A stretch of DNA of 64,000 bases, from NCBI GenBank assembly GCA_021108255.1, contig JAIORG010000102.1, positions 529-64,528 on the forward strand, given 5' to 3'. Shown in pieces: positions 57,501 to 64,000 of the stretch. The stretch's first letter is position 1. Each line of letters opens with the position of its first letter. This stretch comes from Anaerolineales bacterium (lineage in GTDB: Bacteria; Chloroflexota; Anaerolineae; Anaerolineales; UBA11858). The translations under genes were made by a program, and so were the position numbers. The notes beneath the pieces were generated by a model. It searched no databases and was not told the origin of the DNA. It worked only from the letters and a program-made list of their open reading frames with translations.

Positions 57501-58790
57501 TTACCTTCTCCTTAATTCGGGGGAAGCCACACGATGCAATCCCCTTGAGATTAAATAAAATCCCAGGGCGAAAAGAGAAAAACACATTGCAGCCGGTACA
57601 AGCGAATACCAGGGAACCCCGGTTCCGCTAATTCCTGCGTAAATAAAGGCATCATAGATAATCGTTCCCCAGTTGCTGATCGTCCGCGTTATCCCAAAAA
57701 AGGAGATAAACCCATCGGCAACAACCGCGCCGGTGACCGCAACCATCATTTGCAGGGCTGCTAAAGGTAGGAGTGAGGGCAATAAATGTTTAAAGATGAT
57801 ATGTCTCCCCCCACCTCCTGCGATTTGAGCAGCCTCCATAAATGGCTTGGAAACAATTTGTATCGCTTGCGCCCGCATTACTAACGTTGTTCCACCAGCC
57901 CCAGTTAAAACACCGTAAAACAAACCCAGGACAAAGGGACTGATCTCTCTAAATCGAGTCCCAATGATCACCATCATTACCGGAGCAGGTAACATGATAA
58001 AGACATCCGCTAAATTCGTTATTGCAGTATCCACATTCCCTTGAAAATAGGCCGCCGCCATACTCAATAACGTTCCCACTATCGCAGTTGCAACCGCCGC
58101 AGTCAACCCAATCACAAATGTATGTGGTGTCGCTGCAAGCAATCTGCTTAATACATCACGTCCCAGTGTATCAGTCCCCAACAAATGTCGAGAACCAGGA
58201 GGTACAGGATGGGGAAAAACCTTCATGTCAAACCCAGTTATAGGGTCATACACTGAAGAAGCCCAAACTGTATTGCGTAGAATGGGATAAGCAATTGTTA
58301 ATAAACCAAAAATAAAAACCAGGATTAACCCCAGAATAGCGAGGCGGCTTTGGGCGAAGATATTCCAATTCATTTTAAATCGCCGCCAAAAGTTATGGGC
58401 TCTAAATTTTAGTCTTTGAGTGTGACTAAATCCGTGATCAGTAATTTGCTGGTCACGTGTCCACTCGGTGTACCTGGTTACCTGAGGAGGGCTCCCTTCT
58501 GCTGTTTCGGAGGAAAGTGTTTCCCCAGCATCTTCTTCCTCTCTAAGAACACTCAATTTCCTTAGCCGGATACTCGCTTTTTGATTCAGCGGATTTATTC
58601 TCAAGACTCGCTGAACCGCGTATATCTGTCGATCTAGATCCTTCAACACATAACTGAGCAGATACCAAGCCTCTTCATGCCCAGGATCATGTTTAATCAG
58701 TTCGACCAGCAGCTGAGAAGCACGAGACAGCTGGCCATTTCGGTAATAATTGTATGCTTTCTCAAGGTGATTTGAGGGAATTGGATCCAT
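57501..58790 (-). CDS. Peptide-type ABC permease (DppC/OppC-like) with an N-terminal TPR-like cytoplasmic extension
   Basis: aa 1-90 are TPR-like (YNYYRNGQLSRASQLLVELIKHDPGHEEAWYLLSYVLKDLDRQIYAVQRVLRINPLN). A linker follows, then the OppC core (NTVWASSVYDP...HPVPPGSRHLLGTDTLGRDVLSR). Confidence 0.8.
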   Translation of the reverse strand: MDPIPSNHLEKAYNYYRNGQLSRASQLLVELIKHDPGHEEAWYLLSYVLKDLDRQIYAVQRVLRINPLNQKASIRLRKLSVLREEEDAGETLSSETAEGSPPQVTRYTEWTRDQQITDHGFSHTQRLKFRAHNFWRRFKMNWNIFAQSRLAILGLILVFIFGLLTIAYPILRNTVWASSVYDPITGFDMKVFPHPVPPGSRHLLGTDTLGRDVLSRLLAATPHTFVIGLTAAVATAIVGTLLSMAAAYFQGNVDTAITNLADVFIMLPAPVMMVIIGTRFREISPFVLGLFYGVLTGAGGTTLVMRAQAIQIVSKPFMEAAQIAGGGGRHIIFKHLLPSLLPLAALQMMVAVTGAVVADGFISFFGITRTISNWGTIIYDAFIYAGISGTGVPWYSLVPAAMCFSLFALGFYLISRGLHRVASPELRRR

Positions 58791-58802
58791 AGTAATTATA
58801 TA

Positions 58803-59990
58803 TTAAGTATGGTTGGTCTGGAAGTCTTGATAACGGATACGAGGGTCAAGATATGCAGCAATCACATCGATAATTAATCGAGCCCCAAGTGAAATTATTC
58901 CTACTATTAATAGGGTATTCATCACCACTGGCATATTTTGCCAATACAACGCATTCCACAAATTGGTCCCCAATCCCGGCCATCCGACTGAACTTTCGAT
59001 TATAACCACTCCGGTAATTAAGTATGGCAATGAAATCACAAGTCGACTGAGCACAGGTAAGAGAGCATTCCGAGCAGCGTGCTGATCTCGTACTGTTGAT
59101 TCGGGAAGCCCTTTCGCTCGCGCGATTTGAACATATTCCGAGTTCTTCACATCCCGCATGCTTGCTTGCATGATCAACATAAATTCACCAAAGGCCAGTA
59201 AAATATAGGTGACCATCGGGATGTAAGCAATTGTCATAATATCAAAAGCCAGATCGTCAATCCCCCACATCTGCCACCCACTCACCGCCCATAAACCAAT
59301 TAAGAAAACAAACATCAATGTGGGCACCTTACTTTTCGTGAGACGTTCATAAATAAATTTCAGCAAGAATAAAAAGAGAGCTGAAATAACCACGCAGATC
59401 ATCATCGTAATTATCACCTCACTTGGAGAGAGTTCCACCTTCTGCCACAATAACCGATCCAGTCCGGTGAAATTAGGTCCACGTAATCCACCTCGCCCTC
59501 CCACCACCTGAAAAACTCCCCCTTTTGTTACCAGATAAGTTACCAAGTAAGTTAACCAGGGGGGAAATGAGGTGAACAGGACCAAGCCTCCCAGAGTAAT
59601 CAAGCGAGAACCGATTCCCCTTTCTCGCCAAGATGTGACTTTTCCTAACCATAGACCAATCATAAAAGCCAGGACCGTACCAATCACAAAGACCAATAAG
59701 GTTGGTGGGATCACCCGTTTGAAAATATCAAGTATGGGCTCACCAAACATTGATTCTCCAAAATCAAGCCTGACAACCTGCCCCAGCCAGTGGAAATAAC
59801 GATTCCAAAGGGGTAGATCCAAACCAAGTTGAACCCGCATTTCTTCCCTGCAAGCAGCATCGCAACCCATAGCAAACTGGTCAACGAAATCTCCCGGCAT
59901 CACAATCTGAATAAAGAAGAACATGAAGGTCAGGAAAACAAACAACTTAATTAAACTGATTGTAAATTGGCGAATGAGGTAACGGGTCAT
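58803..59990 (-). CDS. Peptide-type ABC permease (DppB/OppB-like), long form
   Basis: N-terminus MTRYLIRQFTISLIKLF and C-terminus YLDPRIRY. Same enlarged architecture as the 55110 gene. Confidence 0.85.
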   Translation of the reverse strand: MTRYLIRQFTISLIKLFVFLTFMFFFIQIVMPGDFVDQFAMGCDAACREEMRVQLGLDLPLWNRYFHWLGQVVRLDFGESMFGEPILDIFKRVIPPTLLVFVIGTVLAFMIGLWLGKVTSWRERGIGSRLITLGGLVLFTSFPPWLTYLVTYLVTKGGVFQVVGGRGGLRGPNFTGLDRLLWQKVELSPSEVIITMMICVVISALFLFLLKFIYERLTKSKVPTLMFVFLIGLWAVSGWQMWGIDDLAFDIMTIAYIPMVTYILLAFGEFMLIMQASMRDVKNSEYVQIARAKGLPESTVRDQHAARNALLPVLSRLVISLPYLITGVVIIESSVGWPGLGTNLWNALYWQNMPVVMNTLLIVGIISLGARLIIDVIAAYLDPRIRYQDFQTNHT

Positions 59991-60137
59991 TGTCTTTGCT
60001 TCCTGGATAATTACTAAAACCCTGGAAATTCAATGAAGATTTTTTCCAACTCGCTTAAAAAAATAACCGCGAATAATTGCTCTGAACTTTGCCCGGTCCA
60101 GCCAAGCGGAAGAAGTAAGTTTTTATCTTTGAAATGT

Positions 60138-60695
60138 TTAATAACGATTAAAATCTACCCGCCGAATCTTCTTGGCTTGCTGAAATAACAACAATCCCCC
60201 CCCGGCAACAATTAAGATAACCCACCAGGTAAGCGCACTTGGAAGATAAAAATCCAGCCATCGACCAGTTTGCCAATAAAAATATAAATCCTCAGGGGCT
60301 AGCACCCACCGCTCGCGGACATCAATTACGTAATATGTCGCCCGCCGATAGGTATCAAAATCAAAAAACATATAATGAAAATATCCCGCATCGTCGACAT
60401 CAAGGAGAATAGATAATGAGATTCTTGGATTTGGTTCTAGAATACCAGGATCGCGGTGAATGCCCTGCAGTTCTTTCAGAAGCTGCTGATTTCCTTCTTG
60501 CAGTGCCCCCTCTAATGTCCTGGCTATCGTGCCAGGTGAATTATATTTTTCCTGATAGCTAGGGGTGAAATATTGTTCATCATAGCGAAAGATTTCCTGA
60601 GCAGACACATATAAAAAGTAACCAAAAGCTATCATCACTGGTATGATCGCTAACATTATTAACCAAATTGTAGTTGACTTTCGCGATAAATTCAT
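60138..60695 (-). CDS. Hypothetical bitopic membrane protein (185 aa) embedded in the peptide-ABC gene string
   Basis: N-terminal TM (IWLIMLAIIPVMIAFGYFLYV) and C-terminal TM (LTWWVILIVAGGGLLLF) flank a soluble ~110-aa Tyr/Phe-rich domain. No family recognised. Confidence 0.5.
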   Translation of the reverse strand: MNLSRKSTTIWLIMLAIIPVMIAFGYFLYVSAQEIFRYDEQYFTPSYQEKYNSPGTIARTLEGALQEGNQQLLKELQGIHRDPGILEPNPRISLSILLDVDDAGYFHYMFFDFDTYRRATYYVIDVRERWVLAPEDLYFYWQTGRWLDFYLPSALTWWVILIVAGGGLLLFQQAKKIRRVDFNRY

Positions 60696-60772
60696 CGTTT
60701 TATAAATATATTCTCAAAGTACCTTTGAGCGAGATAAGAAAGACTCTGATGTCTTAGTATGGTCTTAATTAT

Positions 60773-60801
60773 AGACGTCACTCTTCTAAGGAGTGACGTC
60801 T
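60773..60801. other. Perfect 11-bp stem hairpin without a U tract
   Basis: AGACGTCACTC-ttctaag-GAGTGACGTCT, 36 nt downstream of the oppF-like stop. Confidence 0.5.
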
Positions 60802-60837
60802 GCAATATTCGTTATGATGAAGAGGTCAACCTCCAAC

Positions 60838-61836
60838 CTAAGCATGATAACAAGCAACGTAATGATTAGGTGTTATCTCCTTTCTGGGCGGGTGATCGTG
60901 CGTCTTACAATACTCATCCGCCAGGGGACAGCGATTATAAAAACGGCATTGCGGGGGTGGGTCAACAGGTTTTGTGATCCCCCCGGAAATTTTAATAGGA
61001 TTCCGGGTATAAGTGGGATCTGGAACTGGCACTGCCGATAACAAAGCTTGAGTGTAAGGATGCTTCGGATTGTGTAAAAGATCTTCCGTTTCTCCTATCT
61101 CAACGATTTTCCCCAGGTACATGACCCCAATACGATCACACATATAACGGGCCACTGCCAGGTCATGGGTGATATATAGATAGGTGACATCAAATTGATC
61201 TGCCAGATCCTGCATCAAATTCATCACTCCAGTCCGGACAGAAACATCTAACATCGAAGTAGGTTCATCAGCCACCACAAAATCCGGTTTGATAATCAAC
61301 GCTCTGGCAATAGCTACCCTTTGTCGTTGACCTCCAGAGAGCTCGTGAGGATAACGGAAGAGAAAACTTGATGCTGGAACAAGGTCTACCGTCTCCAGGA
61401 GATCAGCCACCATGGTCTCCCGGTCGCTCATGCTTCCTATACCCTGCACATTCAATGGTTCAGCGACCGTATCAAAAATCGTCATCCGCGGGTTCATCGA
61501 TTCATAAGGATCCTGAAAGATCATTTGTACCCGGCGTCGGAAGGTTTTCATTTCCTTGCCTTTTAAAAGGGCAATGTCAACCGGACCTTCCTCTGTATCC
61601 ATGAGAATATTTCCAGTAGTAGGATCAAGCAAGCGGGTAATTAATTTCCCGGTTGTTGTCTTTCCACATCCAGATTCTCCCACTAATCCAACACTTTCAC
61701 CAACTTTGATTTGCAAATTAAAATCACTAACCGCATGAACAAAGGAATCGGCTTTTCCAAATATTCCTTGGCCAACAGGAAAGAGTTTCGATAATTTATT
61801 AATATTTACCAGAGTCTTACCATTTTTCTGCGCCAT
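60838..61836 (-). CDS. Oligopeptide/dipeptide ABC transporter ATP-binding protein (OppF/DppF-like)
   Basis: Walker [10 protein letters not shown], signature LSGGQRQR, Walker B VVADEPTSMLD. C-terminal Cys-containing oligopeptide-ABC extension CRFYNRCP. Confidence 0.9.
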   Translation of the reverse strand: MAQKNGKTLVNINKLSKLFPVGQGIFGKADSFVHAVSDFNLQIKVGESVGLVGESGCGKTTTGKLITRLLDPTTGNILMDTEEGPVDIALLKGKEMKTFRRRVQMIFQDPYESMNPRMTIFDTVAEPLNVQGIGSMSDRETMVADLLETVDLVPASSFLFRYPHELSGGQRQRVAIARALIIKPDFVVADEPTSMLDVSVRTGVMNLMQDLADQFDVTYLYITHDLAVARYMCDRIGVMYLGKIVEIGETEDLLHNPKHPYTQALLSAVPVPDPTYTRNPIKISGGITKPVDPPPQCRFYNRCPLADEYCKTHDHPPRKEITPNHYVACYHA

Positions 61837-62813
61837 TATTTCTCACCTCCAGGATGCCAACATGCTGCATAATGCCCCTGAGTATGTTCTTTGTAGTCCG
61901 GATCTTGCTCCTTGCAAATCTCTGTCACATAGGGACAGCGCGGGTGAAAACGGCAGCCAGGAGGTGGTGCAAGCAAATCAGGCGGTTCACCCGGCAGCGT
62001 TACCAATTCAGTTTTTTCGCCCACAATACTGGGGAAGCATGACATCAATGCCATTGTGTAGGGATGAATGGGGTTGTGGAAGATATTCTCTGTAGAAGAC
62101 ATCTCCACTAATTTCCCCGCGTACATTACACCCACTCGTTCACTGACTTCCGCAATGACAGCAATATCATGAGAGATATAGATCATTGCCATATTAAGCT
62201 CTTTCTGGATATCGCGGATCTGTTTCAAGATCGAATCCTGGACAATCACATCCAGCGCTGTTGTCGGTTCATCAGCGATAATCAGATCAGGATCACAAGA
62301 AAGCGCCATAGCAATCACAGCCCGCTGCCGCATGCCGCCGCTGTATTGATGCGGGTATTGGGTTTTCAGAGATGGATCCAGACCCACCAGATCAAAAAGC
62401 GAGTCAATTTTCTCATTCATCTCCTCTTCACTCAGGTGAGGAACATGCTCGAGCATTGCTTCCAGAATTTGGTCCTCAACCGTAAAAACCGGATTTAGAG
62501 AGTTCATCGCGCTCTGGAAGACCATGGAGATATCACGCCAACGACGCTTGTTCATTTTCTTTTCCGGAAGCGGTACGATATCGTCCCCCATAATGCGAAT
62601 TTCGCCATTCAGGATATCCGCGTTGGTGGGTAAAAGCTTTAACAACGATAAAGCAATAGATGTTTTTCCACATCCCGATTCTCCAACCAATCCAATCGCT
62701 TCTCCCTTTCCCACATGGAAAGTAACATTATCTACCGCATACACTGGTCCCTTACGGGTTCTATAGTGCATTACCAGGTTTTTTACGTCTAGAACATTTT
62801 CAGATACAGTCAC
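61836..62813 (-). CDS. Oligopeptide/dipeptide ABC transporter ATP-binding protein (OppD/DppD-like)
   Basis: Walker [10 protein letters not shown], signature YSGGMRQR, Walker [13 protein letters not shown]-terminal CRFHPRCPY. Its stop overlaps the oppF-like start. Confidence 0.9.
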   Translation of the reverse strand: MTVSENVLDVKNLVMHYRTRKGPVYAVDNVTFHVGKGEAIGLVGESGCGKTSIALSLLKLLPTNADILNGEIRIMGDDIVPLPEKKMNKRRWRDISMVFQSAMNSLNPVFTVEDQILEAMLEHVPHLSEEEMNEKIDSLFDLVGLDPSLKTQYPHQYSGGMRQRAVIAMALSCDPDLIIADEPTTALDVIVQDSILKQIRDIQKELNMAMIYISHDIAVIAEVSERVGVMYAGKLVEMSSTENIFHNPIHPYTMALMSCFPSIVGEKTELVTLPGEPPDLLAPPPGCRFHPRCPYVTEICKEQDPDYKEHTQGHYAACWHPGGEK

Positions 62814-62837
62814 GATCTTGCTCCTCTTCTGGTTAAT

Positions 62838-63785
62838 TTAACGTTCGCGCAAACGAGGATTCACGACCTCATCAAGTGCGCGTCCAACCATATAAAATGC
62901 TGCACATAAAAAAGTGATTGACAGGCTGGCAGGAAATAACAGCCACCAGGTATCGAAACGCATTAGATAGCCAAATACCTGGGTGGTATTGATCATCAAT
63001 CCCCAACTCATCTGGATTTCTGTAAGACCGAAGAAAGATAGCACAGCCTCTGAGAAAATCGCTCCCGTGACCACAAACATCATGTAAAGCAGAGAAATGG
63101 GCATCAAATTAGGTACCAGGTGAGTGAAGATGATGTGGGCATGCCCCCCTCCGGCGACACGAGCTACATCAACAAATGGTTTTACCTTTACTGAGAGAGC
63201 TTGAGATTTAATCACAATTGCTGTCCCCCCAAAACCGGACAAAATCCCGATCACAAGCGCTAACTCAATCATCCCTACACCCATTAACGCACTCATCACA
63301 ATTAAAACCGCTAAAAAGGGTACCATGATCACCAGGTCTACCAGGCGCATTAATATAGTATCCACTAAACCGCCAAAATAAGCCGAGACTGCACCGATAG
63401 TGGTTGCGATCAAGACGGTAACGATCGCGGAAATTAAACCCAGGGCAAACTCAAATCGCGAGCTGTACATCAACTGGCTGAGCACATCGCGTCCCAGCAC
63501 ATCCGTTCCCAGCAGGTGTCTGGCTGAGGGAGGAGAGGGATGATAGGGGATTTCAATATCAAAGCCATTGATGGGATCGTAAACTTTTGGTTCCCAGACG
63601 GTGTTGACCAGAATCGGCTGCGCCAAAGCAATCAAACCAAAAAACACAATCACACCCAACCCAATTAAACCAATGGGACTTTCGGCAAATAATGCCCAAT
63701 TTTTCTTAAATCCTCGAGCAAATAATTTTAAACGTATTCGCCACAGCGGTTCTAAAACTCTTTCTGAGTTCTGTACTACAGTCAT
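62838..63785 (-). CDS. Peptide-type ABC permease (OppC/DppC-like)
   Basis: NTVWEPKVYDP...HPSPPSARHLLGTDVLGRDVLSQ and C-terminal DEVVNPRLR. Confidence 0.85.
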   Translation of the reverse strand: MTVVQNSERVLEPLWRIRLKLFARGFKKNWALFAESPIGLIGLGVIVFFGLIALAQPILVNTVWEPKVYDPINGFDIEIPYHPSPPSARHLLGTDVLGRDVLSQLMYSSRFEFALGLISAIVTVLIATTIGAVSAYFGGLVDTILMRLVDLVIMVPFLAVLIVMSALMGVGMIELALVIGILSGFGGTAIVIKSQALSVKVKPFVDVARVAGGGHAHIIFTHLVPNLMPISLLYMMFVVTGAIFSEAVLSFFGLTEIQMSWGLMINTTQVFGYLMRFDTWWLLFPASLSITFLCAAFYMVGRALDEVVNPRLRER

Positions 63786-63814
63786 GATAAAACTCCTTTC
63801 ATCGGTTCCTCATT

Positions 63815-64000
63815 TTAATGATAGCGAATACGGGGATCAAGGAAAGCATAGCCAACATCTGCGACCAGGTGGCTGATCAGGGTAAGAACCCCAGTGACCG
63901 TAAGCGCCCCCATCGCCAGAGGAATGTCCTCAATCGTGGCTGCCTGCAGCAGAGTTAAACCTATCCCGGGCCAGGAGAAGACCGTTTCGGTGATAATCCC
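63815..64000 (-). CDS. Peptide-type ABC permease (OppB/DppB-like), C-terminal part; 5' end lies outside the window
   Basis: Not in the supplied track. The translation ...IITETVFSWPGIGLTLLQAATIEDIPLAMGALTVTGVLTLISHLVADVGYAFLDPRIRYH* is a classic OppB C-terminus. Confidence 0.9.
   Translation of the reverse strand, partial: GIITETVFSWPGIGLTLLQAATIEDIPLAMGALTVTGVLTLISHLVADVGYAFLDPRIRYH

Overview
This 64-kb window looks like ordinary core chromosome. It is most consistent with a monoderm Chloroflexota (Anaerolineae-like) bacterium. That placement is an inference from the protein-family mix, the many lipobox lipoproteins with Thr/Pro-rich linkers, and a Gram-positive-type SOS box at recA.

I can support about 58 protein-coding genes, 2 tRNAs (Arg-GCG, Gln-UUG), 3 probable gene remnants, several intrinsic terminators and a few promoters or operators. 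I found no rRNA, CRISPR array, IS element, transposase, integrase, prophage or recognisable defence system.

Gene content, left to right:
- nucleotide-sugar epimerase and dehydrogenase
- UDG, tsaB, tsaE, pcrA, holB
- an orphan GAF-GAF-PAS histidine kinase with a degenerate MBL-like protein
- asparaginase-II-like protein and nth
- envelope proteins: SH3b lipoprotein, TPR-SLT transglycosylase, HtrA
- tRNA-Arg followed by a DegV remnant and an intact DegV
- RsmF-like m5C methyltransferase, TolB-like propeller and M23 peptidase
- recA, an Nbr1-FW-like lipoprotein and ybaK
- a GntR-SPFH-unknown operon
- convergent ppx and ppk1
- a tandem DUF4352 lipoprotein
- a Tat-exported DUF362 lipoprotein with a NapH-like polyferredoxin
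- pfkB-family kinase with ahcY, then murJ
- a BMP-type (nucleoside/sugar) ABC transporter
- HAD and DUF389 proteins, cdd, glmU, tRNA-Gln
- an atypical response regulator, an MFS transporter and an S9 peptidase
- a peptide-ABC locus with three paralogous permease pairs but only one ATPase pair

The best candidates for undescribed biology:
1. The DUF362 / membrane polyferredoxin pair.
2. The self-regulated GntR-SPFH-X module with its 14-bp palindromic operator.
3. The peptide-transporter locus, which includes a TPR-fused permease and an embedded unknown membrane protein.
4. A roughly 170-bp composite inverted-repeat element between convergent permease genes.

None of these is demonstrably novel from sequence alone. 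All family assignments are motif and pattern recognition done by eye, not database searches.
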